From Nibricoccus sp. (GTDB lineage Bacteria > Verrucomicrobiota > Verrucomicrobiia > Opitutales > Opitutaceae): a stretch of DNA of 64,000 bases. Where the stretch lies: positions 3,008,001 through 3,072,000 of the forward strand of contig JASGHG010000001.1 of assembly GCA_047602425.1 (NCBI GenBank). Direction: 5' to 3'. Below are positions 47,242-57,894 of the stretch, piece by piece (position 1 is the first letter of the stretch; each line of letters starts with the position of its first letter). Position numbers and translations under genes: made by a program. The notes below the pieces were generated by a model. The model had not been told where the DNA came from. It made no database searches and saw nothing but the letters and a program-made list of their open reading frames with translations.

Positions 47242-48774
47242 ATGGGCTCCATTCCCAGCCATCCGGTTCTTTCGCTCGAAGACGCGAAGCGCTTCGAGGA
47301 TGGACTCTTTGGCGGAGACGAGGCGAAGGAATGGATGGCGATGTTGCAAGCCGGACGCGCGGTCGGCGAGGCGGCTGTCGCCGACTTTGCCGAGATTGGC
47401 CGGTTCCCCCCGGACGGCTATTTGCTGGTGCTGGTGGGCAAAGGCCACAACGGCGGCGACGCCCTGCTTGCGGCAAAAAAGATTCTCGAACAATACCCCG
47501 CGGCGCAGGCCGATGTCTGGTTGCTCTTCGGCGAACGCGAACTCCGTCCCCTTGCCGCGCGTGCCTACCGCGAACTTGTCCAATTTTTTCCAACTCGCGT
47601 ACGTCTCATAAACCGCATCGAGGCTCTCGCGGAGAGTTATGACCTTTCGCTCGACGGTGTTTTTGGCTTTCAATTTCGTCCTCCGCTTGCGTCCCAGCTC
47701 AGCGAGCTTTTTGGGCATCTCAACGGTCATCCAATTCGCTTTCGCGCTGCGGTCGACCTGCCGAGCGGGCTTGGCGATAGCCATGCGTTGCGGGCGGATT
47801 TCACCTACGCGACAGGCAGTGTGAAAACGCCCCTTTTGGCGGAAACGAGCCAGTCTATCGTTGGGCGTTTGCGGTATTTGGATCTTGGATTTTTTTTGGA
47901 GAAAGAACGCGTTACCCCTCACCCGCCTTCAGCTGAATCCTCCGGGAATTTTGTCGTCACGAGAGAAATCCTTGCACCGCTTTGCCGCTTGCGCCTGTCG
48001 GTGTCTGATAAACGTATATACGGACACGTTTTCATTCTAGGCGGTTCGCGCAACTACCCCGGTGCGGTGCTCATGAGCGTATTGGCCGCGGTGCGCAGCG
48101 GAGTGGGTTTGGTCACGGCGTTTGTGCCGGAGTCGATGGTTTCGGCTTTTGCTGCACGTGTACCCGAAGCAATCTGGGTGGGCTGGCCGGAAACGCCCGA
48201 AGGCGGGCTGGCCTTGGAGGGACTTCATATCCTCCGGGAACGGCTCGACCGTGCCAGTGCGTTGCTCCTTGGCCCGGGCATCGGGCGCGAGCCTGAGACA
48301 CTGGCGCTCATGGCGGACGTTTCCAAGGCATCTTCGGTGCCGCTCGTAATCGATGCCGACGCCTTGCAACCAGAGATCATACGAGCTGGTTCGGTGAGGC
48401 GTATCCTGACGCCTCATGCAGGGGAATATCTGCGCATTGCCGGCGCCGCGCCGCTGATGGAGTTTTCCCGGGCGGCAAAAGCCGTGACGGTGCTGAAAGG
48501 CCCGCTGACCCGCATCAGCGACGGTTTAGCGGTTTATCACAGTTGCGCAGGCGGACCGGTCCTGGCTCGGGGCGGGAGCGGCGATATTCTTGCGGGATTG
48601 ATGGGTGGTTTGCTGGCGCAGGCGCCCTCTGAGCTCTTGTCCGCCGCCTGCCGCGGCGTGGCCTGGCAGGGGAGGGCAGCGGATCTGCTGGCACGCAAGC
48701 ACGGCCAAGTCGCGGTGCAGACCACGCGAATCCTGGATTTTCTGGCGGACGCCTTGCGGCACGAGGGACCATGA
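47242..48774 (+). CDS. nnr: Bifunctional NAD(P)H-hydrate epimerase/dehydratase (YjeF/Nnr)
   Basis: GKGHNGGDA, AVDLPSG, YPGAV, GPGIG, IDADAL, LTPHAGE, GGSGDILAG. Confidence 0.93.
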   Translation: MGSIPSHPVLSLEDAKRFEDGLFGGDEAKEWMAMLQAGRAVGEAAVADFAEIGRFPPDGYLLVLVGKGHNGGDALLAAKKILEQYPAAQADVWLLFGERELRPLAARAYRELVQFFPTRVRLINRIEALAESYDLSLDGVFGFQFRPPLASQLSELFGHLNGHPIRFRAAVDLPSGLGDSHALRADFTYATGSVKTPLLAETSQSIVGRLRYLDLGFFLEKERVTPHPPSAESSGNFVVTREILAPLCRLRLSVSDKRIYGHVFILGGSRNYPGAVLMSVLAAVRSGVGLVTAFVPESMVSAFAARVPEAIWVGWPETPEGGLALEGLHILRERLDRASALLLGPGIGREPETLALMADVSKASSVPLVIDADALQPEIIRAGSVRRILTPHAGEYLRIAGAAPLMEFSRAAKAVTVLKGPLTRISDGLAVYHSCAGGPVLARGGSGDILAGLMGGLLAQAPSELLSAACRGVAWQGRAADLLARKHGQVAVQTTRILDFLADALRHEGP

Positions 48775-49901
48775 CCAACGACACACTCACCGAACAACAA
48801 GCCCTTCTTATTCTGAATGCTCTGCCCAACATTGGGCCGATCACGACCAACCGGTTGCTTGCCGAACTCGGTGGCGATTCACGCGCGATTTTCGACGCGT
48901 CGTCGAAGCGGCTGGAATCCGTTAAAGGTGTCGGCCCTGCGATCAGCGGCACCATCGCCAACTGGCGCGAGCATTTCGACCTCGCGCGCGAAGAGGAGCG
49001 CATGGCGAAGAGTGGCGCGACCTTCATCACGGCTCGCGATGCGGGTTATCCGAAACTTTTAAAAGAGATAAGCGATCCGCCCATCGGTCTGTATCGAAAG
49101 GGTCAGTACGATTTCGCGCAGCCATGCATTGCGATCGTTGGCAGTCGGCGGACGACTTTGTACGGGCAGAGTGTGGCAAAAAAGTTTGGCGCCGAACTGG
49201 CGCGGCTGGGCTTTTGCATCGTGAGCGGACTTGCTCGTGGCATCGACACTGCCGCACACGAAGGCGCGCTGTCGGTCGGCGGGAAGACTGCGGCCGTGAT
49301 GGGCTGTGGCATCGATATTGTTTACCCGCCGGAAAACCTGGCGCTTTACCGACAGATTGAAGAACAAGGTGCCATTGTCTCTGAGTTTTCGTTCGGCCGA
49401 CGCGCTGACCGCCAATCGTTTCCCATGCGCAATCGCGTCGTCGCCGGCATGTGCGAGGCGATCGTAGTGGTTGAAACCGATGTGGCAGGCGGTTCGATGA
49501 TCACCGCAAAGTTTGCGGGCGAACAGGGACGGCTGATCTTCGCCGTGCCTGGCCGCATCGATCAGGCAACGAGCCAGGGCTGTCACCAATTGATCCGCGA
49601 TGGGGCGACGTTGCTTACGAGTGTGGACGATATTTTGTCGGAGTTAAATTATCTCGACGGACTGCGCCCCCAGCCGATCCCGACCAAAGAGGGCGAACAT
49701 CGAGACGATGCTGCGCCGGCAAAGTTGACTGAAAGCGAAGCCGCGGTTTTGGAGCAGTTTCGCGGAGGTGCGATTGTGACGCTCGATATGCTTGCCGGCC
49801 AAACGGGCCGCTCGGTCTCCGAACTCTCAGCGACCTTGATGATGCTCGAGCTCAAACGCCTGATCGCGAAACGTTCTGATGGCGCCTTTGAGGCCCGTTG
49901 A
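48771..49901 (+). CDS. dprA: DNA-protecting protein DprA/Smf
   Basis: AIVGSR, IVSGLARGIDTAAH, FPMRNRVVAG, GSMITA, GCHQLIRDGA, C-terminal wHTH. Confidence 0.97.
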   Translation: MTNDTLTEQQALLILNALPNIGPITTNRLLAELGGDSRAIFDASSKRLESVKGVGPAISGTIANWREHFDLAREEERMAKSGATFITARDAGYPKLLKEISDPPIGLYRKGQYDFAQPCIAIVGSRRTTLYGQSVAKKFGAELARLGFCIVSGLARGIDTAAHEGALSVGGKTAAVMGCGIDIVYPPENLALYRQIEEQGAIVSEFSFGRRADRQSFPMRNRVVAGMCEAIVVVETDVAGGSMITAKFAGEQGRLIFAVPGRIDQATSQGCHQLIRDGATLLTSVDDILSELNYLDGLRPQPIPTKEGEHRDDAAPAKLTESEAAVLEQFRGGAIVTLDMLAGQTGRSVSELSATLMMLELKRLIAKRSDGAFEAR

Positions 49902-50011
49902 AAACTCGTAATGTTAAGGAGCTGTTGAGCGCGCGATCCGATTGGCAATCGGACTGTACAACGTTGCGGCCATTTGCGTGTCACCTTGGGGTGGGATAAA
50001 GTCGGACCACC

Positions 50012-50995
50012 GTGATCACGCGACGTTCTTGGCTGAAAATATTGGCGGTCCTCAGTGCATCGCGGGCGCTCCCGCAACTCTCGGCCGCCTCGACGGTGCA
50101 GGAGCGAGATAAACTTGGCCCGCTCCTGCCGCAACGTGTCCTCGGAAAAACCGGCCTGAAGGTGAGCATGCTTTCCGTCGGCGGTTCGCACGTGGGTCGT
50201 CCGTCCGAAGCGGAAGCGGAGAAAATCATCGAAACGGCGATCGAGCTGGGTGTCCGAACCTTTGAAACCGCCCAACTTTATCAAAACGGGGGCAGCGAGG
50301 AGCGTTATGGAAAATTCCTAACTCCCAAATACCGGGAACACGTTCTCATCTTCACGAAAACGATGGCGCAGGATGCAAAAACCGCCGAGGCGCACCTCGA
50401 TGGTTCGTTGCGACGGATGAAGCTCGATTACGTTGACCTCTGGCAAATGCACGACATTGGCAGTCCCTCCGACGTGGACGAGCGGCTTCGCAACGGCGTG
50501 CTCGATGTCATGCTGAAGGCAAAAGCATCCGGCAAGGTTCGTCATATTGGCTTCACCGGACACACCACCTGGCGCGCTCACGCGCATCTCCTGGCGAAGA
50601 CCGACGTTTTTGAAACCTGTCTTATGCCCATCAACGTCGCGGACGTTTCCTATGAGAGTTTCATTCTGAATATCCTGCCCAAACTCACCGAGCGAAACAT
50701 GGGTGTGCTGGCGATGAAAACTCTGGCCGCCGGGGATTTTCTCCGCGGTCGTGACGGCGCGCCTCCGATCATCCCCGATCGCATTTCGATCGAAGAAGCG
50801 CTTCGTTTTGTCTGGTCTCTCCCGGTGTCAACTCTTGTGTCAGGCTTGGGCCTTGCCACGCACGTTCGCGAAAATGTTGGATACGCCGCCCGGTTCGACC
50901 CGCTTGATGACGCTGCGCGCGAGACCTTGATCAAGAAAATCGAGGACATTGCCAAAACCGGCAAACTTGAACGCAACTTCAAGCCCGCAAAGTAG
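50012..50995 (+). CDS. Aldo/keto reductase with Tat-like signal peptide
   Basis: LGKTGLKVS, FETA..Y, SLRRMKLDYVDLWQMH, GKVRHIGFTGH, AMKTL; N-terminal TRRSWLK. Confidence 0.92.
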   Translation: MITRRSWLKILAVLSASRALPQLSAASTVQERDKLGPLLPQRVLGKTGLKVSMLSVGGSHVGRPSEAEAEKIIETAIELGVRTFETAQLYQNGGSEERYGKFLTPKYREHVLIFTKTMAQDAKTAEAHLDGSLRRMKLDYVDLWQMHDIGSPSDVDERLRNGVLDVMLKAKASGKVRHIGFTGHTTWRAHAHLLAKTDVFETCLMPINVADVSYESFILNILPKLTERNMGVLAMKTLAAGDFLRGRDGAPPIIPDRISIEEALRFVWSLPVSTLVSGLGLATHVRENVGYAARFDPLDDAARETLIKKIEDIAKTGKLERNFKPAK

Positions 50996-51180
50996 AAAAA
51001 CGGAGCGCAGGTATCCCGCGTCGGCCGTCCCTATTGGAGAATTAAAAACCATACGATACCGGTAAATATCGTCTGATGGTGATTCACGCGCGTTTTCGAC
51101 AGCGCAGCGAAAGGATGGGGGATTTGCCGAGTTCCGCGTCGCGCGGCGCACTTTTGTGCGGGAACTAGGTCCATTGCCAT

Positions 51181-52512
51181 ATGGCGCGCACCGTGGATGA
51201 CATTTCCGAGGCGATTGTGATTGGCGGAGGAATCGCCGGTTTGGGCGCCGCGCGGGAGCTGGCACGATGTGGCTGGCGCGTGACTTTACTGGAGGCTCGT
51301 GGCCGTCTTGGCGGGCGGGTTTTTTCGGTCACGACGCGCGGACTGACGCACCCTGTGGAACTGGGAGCGGAATTTGTCCATGGAAGCAACCCGGACTTTC
51401 AGGCGCTGTTGCGACGTGCCAAAGCGCGTTTGGAAACCGTTTCGCGGAAAATCTATCGCCATCAAAACGGACGGCTTGTGGAGGCGAACGACTACTGGAA
51501 ACGCATTGCGGAATTATTGGAAACGATTCCCGAAAACACGCCGCGTCCATTTCAGGATTTTCTCAATGCGTGGTCGAAACGTTTTTCTTCGGAGGAAATT
51601 GCCCGCATCCGAGATCACGTTGAGAGCTTTAACGCTGCAACGGCTGACCACATGAGCGCCGCAACGCTGCGACAAGATCACGCAGGTGCGGACCAACCCC
51701 AATATCGGGCGCGCGGTGGTTACCTTCGCGTCTTGGAAACGCTCAGCGGTGAAGTGCGGGAACTCGGGGTCTTGGTGGAGCTCGATACCGTCGTGAAGCG
51801 CGTGACTTGGGCTCCAGGCAAAGTAGTAATGCTGGCCGAAAACCGTCGGAGCGGAAAAGAATCTGTTTTTCGTGCGGCGCGCGCTGTCGTGACGCTTCCG
51901 CTCGGTGTGCTGAAAGCCAAATCGGTGACTTTTACTCCGCCTCTGAAAAACAAAGAAGCCGTTATTAAGCGACTGGGTTGGGGGAATGTCGTGCGCGTCA
52001 CCCTGCGTTTTTCGGCGAAGCTATGGAATCGGCGTTTTGTGAAAACGAAAACGGCGAGAAATAAGCCCGGCGAATTGCCTTTCTTATCGGTGGCCGGAAT
52101 TCCATTTCCAGTCTGGTGGGTGCCATCGACCGAACCAATGATCATCGGCTGGGCCGGAGGTCGCCTGGCAAACCCGCTCCAAAACTTGGGCCCCGGGAAA
52201 GTAAAAATGGCGGCCTTACGATCATTATCGGCCATTTGGAATCTTCCGATGCGTACGGTCCAGGCTAACCTGCTCGGCTTTTGGTCTCACGACTGGAGAA
52301 CGGACCCTTTTGCGCAAGGTGCGTACAGTTTTTCAGTCGCCGGATATGAAAACGGCCCCGCGCACTTGGCAAAACCAGTCAAACGCACGCTTTATTTTGC
52401 CGGCGAAGCCACGGCTGAAGAGCTCGGAACGGTGCATGGTGCATTCGCCAGCGGGATCAATGCCGCTCGCCGTTTAACCCGCGAAAATCCCTGCTCGCGC
52501 CCAAAAAGCTAA
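51181..52512 (+). CDS. Flavin-containing amine oxidase family protein
   Basis: GGGIAGL..A, LEARGRLGGR, ELGAEF, TLPLGVLK, W..DPF..GAYS, FAGEAT, GTVHGA. Confidence 0.92.
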   Translation: MARTVDDISEAIVIGGGIAGLGAARELARCGWRVTLLEARGRLGGRVFSVTTRGLTHPVELGAEFVHGSNPDFQALLRRAKARLETVSRKIYRHQNGRLVEANDYWKRIAELLETIPENTPRPFQDFLNAWSKRFSSEEIARIRDHVESFNAATADHMSAATLRQDHAGADQPQYRARGGYLRVLETLSGEVRELGVLVELDTVVKRVTWAPGKVVMLAENRRSGKESVFRAARAVVTLPLGVLKAKSVTFTPPLKNKEAVIKRLGWGNVVRVTLRFSAKLWNRRFVKTKTARNKPGELPFLSVAGIPFPVWWVPSTEPMIIGWAGGRLANPLQNLGPGKVKMAALRSLSAIWNLPMRTVQANLLGFWSHDWRTDPFAQGAYSFSVAGYENGPAHLAKPVKRTLYFAGEATAEELGTVHGAFASGINAARRLTRENPCSRPKS

Positions 52513-52566
52513 GATGCTCACTCCTAAACGGCCCCGCACGACGAAAAATTTCCCAACTCCTTCAAC

Positions 52567-52596
52567 AAAAAGCCCTCCCGAGCAGTGGGAGGGCTT
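52567..52596 (-). terminator. Intrinsic terminator downstream of tRNA-Met (possibly bidirectional)
   Basis: AAAAAGCCCTCCC-GAGCAGT-GGGAGGGCTT. Confidence 0.8.
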
Positions 52597-52602
52597 ATAA
52601 AT

Positions 52603-52679
<77 letters not shown>

Positions 52680-52879
52680 ACAAAGGGAGGGGCAGACCTT
52701 GGCCTGCCACCTCCGCCTGTCAATGCCCTTTTTGTCAAAAATCTGAATTCACGCTTGCCAGAGGGGAGGGGCCTCTCTGTTTTGGACCGCTCTGTTCGTT
52801 AAACCTTAAACCAAAACCATCCATCACGATCGCAAGGCGGCCCATCGGCCGACCTGTGTTTCGAGAAACATAGATCATC

Positions 52880-53767
52880 ATGAACGTCACTGCTAAAGAC
52901 CTGCTCGACGCCGGAGTTCACTTCGGCCACCAAACCAAGCGCTGGAATCCCCGTTCTAAGCCTTACGTCTTCGATCATCGCCAGGGCATCACCATCATCG
53001 ATCTCGGCAAGACCCACGAGCAACTCGCCAAGGCCTACAGCTTCATCGAAGACACCGTCGCCAACGGCGGCAACGTCCTCTTCGTCGGCACCAAGCGTCA
53101 GGCCCAGGAAATCATCCGCGAGGCCGCGACCTCGACCAACATGCCGTACTGCGTTGACCGCTGGCTCGGCGGCACGTTGACCAATTTTGCCACCGTCAAA
53201 AAGTCCATCGCCAAGTTCAAAAAGTACCAGCAGATGGAAACGAGTGGCGAACTCCTGAAGTTCTCCTCCAAAGAAGGCGCCGCGATCAAACGCGAAATGA
53301 CCCGCATGCAGAAAAACTTCGCCGGCATCGTCGAAATGGGCGAATTGCCCAATGCGATGTTCGTGATCGACGCCAGCCACGAAGAAATCGCCGTCGCCGA
53401 AGCTTCCCGCTGCGGCATCGCTTGTATCGGTCTTGTTGATACAAACTCCGACCCGACCAAGCTCTCACACCCAATTCCGGGCAACGACGACGCCGTCAAA
53501 TCCATCCGCATCATCGTTGAGACCATCGTGCAGGCCGTCCAAAGCGGTCTCTCGCAGCGCGACTCCCGCCGCATCAGCCGTGGTCAGGCCGACCTGAAGG
53601 CCGCCAGCGCCGCTGTGGCCGCTGCCGCCGGTGCGACCGAAGTCGATCTCTCCAAGATCGAGCTTCCCCCGGAAGCTGTTCCGCTGGTTGAGGGCGAAGT
53701 TGACGCTCCGGTTGTCGTCAAAAAGAAGCCCGCCACCCGTAAGAAGGTCGCCGCTCCCAAGGAATAA
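52880..53767 (+). CDS. rpsB: 30S ribosomal protein S2
   Basis: LLDAGVHFGHQTKRWNP, FVGTKRQA, RWLGGTLTNF, PGNDDA. Confidence 0.99.
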   Translation: MNVTAKDLLDAGVHFGHQTKRWNPRSKPYVFDHRQGITIIDLGKTHEQLAKAYSFIEDTVANGGNVLFVGTKRQAQEIIREAATSTNMPYCVDRWLGGTLTNFATVKKSIAKFKKYQQMETSGELLKFSSKEGAAIKREMTRMQKNFAGIVEMGELPNAMFVIDASHEEIAVAEASRCGIACIGLVDTNSDPTKLSHPIPGNDDAVKSIRIIVETIVQAVQSGLSQRDSRRISRGQADLKAASAAVAAAAGATEVDLSKIELPPEAVPLVEGEVDAPVVVKKKPATRKKVAAPKE

Positions 53768-53788
53768 TTTCGCCACTGAAATTTCGCA

Positions 53789-54385
53789 ATGAGCACTCCC
53801 GTCACATCACAAATGGTCAAGGAACTGCGCGAGAAAACCGGAGCCGGTTTGCTCGACTGCCAGAAAGCCCTGACCGAATCCAAGGGTAACCTCGAGGAAG
53901 CGATCACGATCCTCCGCAAAAAGTCCGGAGGCAAAGTCGACAAGCTCGCCGCTCGCGCCACGAAGGAAGGCCTCATCGAGAGCTACATTCACATCGGCGG
54001 TAAAGTCGGTGTGTTGCTCGAAGTGAACTGCGAGACCGACTTCGTTGCTCGCAACGATGACTTCCGCGCCTTTTGCAAGGACCTGTGCCTGCAGATCGCC
54101 GCCGCCAGCCCGCTCTACGTGGCTCGCACCGAAGTTCCGGAAGCTGCTGTCGCTGCTGAACGCGACGTTGCTGCTGCCTCGGTTGCCGGCAAGCCGCCTG
54201 CGGCTGTGCAGAAGATCGTCGAAGGCAAACTCGACAAGTATTACTCGACCGTCTGCTTGCTCGACCAGCCCTTCGTGAAGCTGCCCGAGAAGACCGTGAA
54301 GGAAGTTCTCGCGGAGAAAGTCGCGAAGATCGGCGAAAACATCCAGATCCGCCGCTTCACCCGCTTCCAACTCGGCGGCAACTAA
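53789..54385 (+). CDS. tsf: Elongation factor Ts (short form)
   Basis: VKELREKTGAG..DC.KAL, EVNCETDFVA, GENIQIRRF. Confidence 0.99.
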   Translation: MSTPVTSQMVKELREKTGAGLLDCQKALTESKGNLEEAITILRKKSGGKVDKLAARATKEGLIESYIHIGGKVGVLLEVNCETDFVARNDDFRAFCKDLCLQIAAASPLYVARTEVPEAAVAAERDVAAASVAGKPPAAVQKIVEGKLDKYYSTVCLLDQPFVKLPEKTVKEVLAEKVAKIGENIQIRRFTRFQLGGN

Positions 54386-54408
54386 GCCGAACCAGTTCGA
54401 ATCTTTTC

Positions 54409-54442
54409 AAAGGCGCCATGTCATCCGACGGGCGCCTTTTTT
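54409..54442 (+). terminator. Intrinsic terminator after tsf
   Basis: AAAGGCGCC...GGCGCCTTTTTT. Confidence 0.75.
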
Positions 54443-54628
54443 GTTTTCGATTTTTCAGACGCAAATTTTGCGGATAGGCGCGCCGAAGCAAAGGCGTTGG
54501 TTACGAATCCATGGGTGGGGACTGGACCTGCGGTCGAATCCGCGGTCCAAGAGCAATTCGATTTCCAGCCGACGGTTTTTTGCCTGCCTCTCTTGATGTT
54601 TGTCGGTTTCGGAATGAATTGGGTGCAA

Positions 54629-55036
54629 ATGAAAGTCACCCGAGGACAGATCGTAGCCCGCGGCCTGTTGAATGCCTGCCCAAACTGCGGAAAGCACACG
54701 CTTTTTAGCTCTGGTACGTTGTTTCGTGTGAATAAGGAATGTCCGAACTGCGGACTTCGCTTTGAACGTGACGAAGGTTTTTTCCTCGGCTCGATGTCAC
54801 TCAACTACGGCGTCACGATCATGATCTTTCTCTTACCAGTATTGGGTTTGTATCTGGCAAGTGTTTTAAGTGGTGTGACCGCTGCGATTTTGGCCGGGGT
54901 GGGGGCAGTGGTTTTCCCAATGCTATTTTATCGTTCTTCGCGCAGTTGGTGGTTGATGAGCTATTACTTTTTCCTGCCCCAACACCTACCGGCCAACCGC
55001 GTCGATCTTGTGATCGGCGAGGACGAAAACACCTGA
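54629..55036 (+). CDS. DUF983-like zinc-ribbon membrane protein
   Basis: RGL..CPNCG...LF.....CPNCGL.FER..GFFLG followed by two TM segments. Confidence 0.8.
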   Translation: MKVTRGQIVARGLLNACPNCGKHTLFSSGTLFRVNKECPNCGLRFERDEGFFLGSMSLNYGVTIMIFLLPVLGLYLASVLSGVTAAILAGVGAVVFPMLFYRSSRSWWLMSYYFFLPQHLPANRVDLVIGEDENT

Positions 55037-55159
55037 TCGACAAGTGGTTTGCCGAGCGCCAACCAGAGATTGTGCCTGAAAATCGAAGGTAAGGGCCACT
55101 GGCGAAACTTTCGGCTTTCATTTTGGCGGGGTGTGCCTACGTTTTCGCCTCCTTCACCC

Positions 55160-55250
<91 letters not shown>

Positions 55251-55471
55251 TTTTAAATCGCCCAAGCTATAGATGCTGCGGAGGTTTGGTTGCGGTCGAA
55301 AGGGTTGCCGAAGCTGTTCAGATGACGGTATTTCGCTTTGAGGTCGAACCTTGCGACAGTGCAAGGGCTTATGCTGAAACGTGCCGTCGTTTCTATTGTT
55401 AATTAAGAATTACGCCGGGCTAACAAAAGCTTGTTCTAAGCGCGGGTGTTGCTCAGGTTGCGCGGCTGCAC

Positions 55472-57331
55472 ATGAAGAAAATCGCCTCCGTTCTAGTCAC
55501 ACTTTGCTGCGTTTCCGGACTGCTGCGCGCGGAAGAATCCGCCGTTCTGCTGCCGAGTCTGACGACTTATTCAGCGCGCACGGCAAATCAGGATCCAGTT
55601 GGAACATTTGCGATGCCGGTTTCAGCGCTGCGTTACGAGCCGCTGGTCGATTTGCAGGCGCGCAATCAAGGTGAAGCGCAGGCCGACGTGACGATTCGCG
55701 GAGGCATTTTTGAAAATACCGGTTTCCGCATCGGCGGCGTTTCGCTCTACGATCCGCAAACGGGTCACTATTTTGCCGAGATCCCGGTGGCTTCCGCCAT
55801 GCTGAAGGAGCCGTCCGTGCTCACGGGGACCGACAACGCGCTTTTGGGTTTCAATGCCAATGTTGGCACCGTTGCTTACGGTTGGCGACCGATTGCTACG
55901 CGCGGCGAACTCTCGCTCGGTCGCGGCGATCACGATTTTGAGCGCGGAAGCTTCTATCAAGGTTATGCGAGCCCGTGGAAAATTGCCGGTCGTAGTCTTG
56001 CTGCGGATACGGAGTTTTCTCATTCCTCCGGCAACGGCACGATCGAGAACGGAGATCACCGTTTCTCTCGCGCCAACACCCGGGTGCAACTCGCCGGCAG
56101 CGAAGGTTCGCAGACGGATTTATTCGCCGGATATCAGGAAAAATTTTTCGGTTGGCCGAATCTTTACACGCCCTTTGGCGTCAATGAGACCGAAAGCCTC
56201 CAGTCTGTGCTCGTCGCGCTCAACCATCGGGAGTCGTTAGGCTCTGGCGATTTTTTCGAGTTCGGCGCGTTCTACCGCCGCAATAAAGACGACTACGAAT
56301 ACAGCCGCGAAATTCCCGGACGCTTCAATCCCTACCAGCACACCACTTGGGCTCGCGCGGTCGCGCTGAGTGGCCGCAATGACCTCGGATTTTTCGTGCT
56401 CAATTACTCGGGCGAAATCCTCGGTGACAGCCTTGCCTCGACGTCGCTGACGTTTGGAAAACCAAATGACCACTACAAATCACGAACTTACTACAAAGCG
56501 GGACTTGTCCCGGAAAAATCGTGGACGCTCGACGGCATGAACCAACTCGTCGCCAAGGCGGGTGTTTCCTTTGACGACACAAATCGGGATAGTGCTGCAT
56601 GGTCGCCCTTGGCCGAATTGGCCTGGGTACGAAACAATGCCAAGACGTGCCAGAGTCGTGTCTATATAAGCTATGCGAAGACCTCGCAGGTTACCACTTA
56701 CACTGCGCTCAAATCCAGTCCGAGCAGCGGGCTTTTCCGCGGAAATCCCTACTTGGGCCGGCAGCACGCGGAGAATATAGAAGTTGGCGGCTCGCATACC
56801 CACGGACACTGGTCGTATCGCTCGGCAGTATTTTTCCGCCGCGATCGGGCGTTGGTGGATTGGACGTATCTGAATGCGAGCGCGTCGGCCCGTCGCGCCA
56901 ATGCTGTCGATATCGATGCGTTCGGCTTTGAAGGCGTCTTGAGTTATACGAGCGCACGTTTCACCTTCGTGCTGGGATATACTTTTCTCGACAAGGAAGC
57001 CGATTACCGCGGCGCATTGGTCGACGCCAGCTTTTACGCGCTCAATTACGCGACCAACCGTTTGACGGCGGCGGTGGTTGCGCGGCTTGGCGGCGGTTTC
57101 GAGGTGCGCATGGACAACGTCGCGCGGGTCCAAGAGGACAATTGGCTTCGTCGCGTCGGTGGCGACGAGGCTTTGCACTCCTCGCTCGGTTTGTACTATC
57201 TGCCCAAGGCGGTGGCAGGCCTCGAAATCTCGCTGACCGCGAATAATCTTTGGAAAAGCAACTATCAGGAAGTACCGTCGGTGCCGGCGCCCGGCCGGCA
57301 ATTGTCGGCCGGTGTAACTTATCGGTGGTAA
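55472..57331 (+). CDS. TonB-dependent outer-membrane receptor (short type)
   Basis: Signal peptide; plug 'QADVTIRGG..ENT...I.G....DPQTGH'; 'GNPYL'; C-terminal 'NNLW..NY......APGR...AGVTYRW'. Confidence 0.88.
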   Translation: MKKIASVLVTLCCVSGLLRAEESAVLLPSLTTYSARTANQDPVGTFAMPVSALRYEPLVDLQARNQGEAQADVTIRGGIFENTGFRIGGVSLYDPQTGHYFAEIPVASAMLKEPSVLTGTDNALLGFNANVGTVAYGWRPIATRGELSLGRGDHDFERGSFYQGYASPWKIAGRSLAADTEFSHSSGNGTIENGDHRFSRANTRVQLAGSEGSQTDLFAGYQEKFFGWPNLYTPFGVNETESLQSVLVALNHRESLGSGDFFEFGAFYRRNKDDYEYSREIPGRFNPYQHTTWARAVALSGRNDLGFFVLNYSGEILGDSLASTSLTFGKPNDHYKSRTYYKAGLVPEKSWTLDGMNQLVAKAGVSFDDTNRDSAAWSPLAELAWVRNNAKTCQSRVYISYAKTSQVTTYTALKSSPSSGLFRGNPYLGRQHAENIEVGGSHTHGHWSYRSAVFFRRDRALVDWTYLNASASARRANAVDIDAFGFEGVLSYTSARFTFVLGYTFLDKEADYRGALVDASFYALNYATNRLTAAVVARLGGGFEVRMDNVARVQEDNWLRRVGGDEALHSSLGLYYLPKAVAGLEISLTANNLWKSNYQEVPSVPAPGRQLSAGVTYRW

Positions 57332-57894
57332 GTGGTTTTTGGTGGGAGGAGGAGAGGGCGAAGAAGGGGTAGTTTTGGCTTCATAGCCGGAGTCAACGAT
57401 GTGCGCATTGGCGTGATTGCTTGCGTGGGGGGCATCGCGTTGGGTGGTCGACGTCCCGCCCCAATAATTTAGCCCCGGCCATATTTCCCCTGTTTTTGCT
57501 CTGCGCGTGTACGGCTTTGCCTGACGCAATTTTTGTTAACCGAACCAGTTGAATGATACGCTTTCGCTCAGCCATGACTGCTAATTTCGACTTGTGGTAT
57601 GGGAAGTATTCCCAAGCCATTGGGTATCGTATATAGAAAAGGCGGCGCGTCCTTGGTGTGGGCGCGCCGCCTTATTATCGAAGTGCTTTGGAAAATGGTT
57701 CAGTGCCTGTCGCCAGGAGTGGACGAAAGCCAACGTCGTTCTTTTGGCCGTTTCTGACATGCAGACGGAAAACTGCCTGCATGCGCCGGTTTGTCCTACT
57801 AGTGGTTTCAATCTGGCCGCCGTTACGCTATGGTTTGTCTGCTCCATCTTCGGCTGAAAAACCTACCGCCGTCATCCGGCCAAACATTGCTCCT

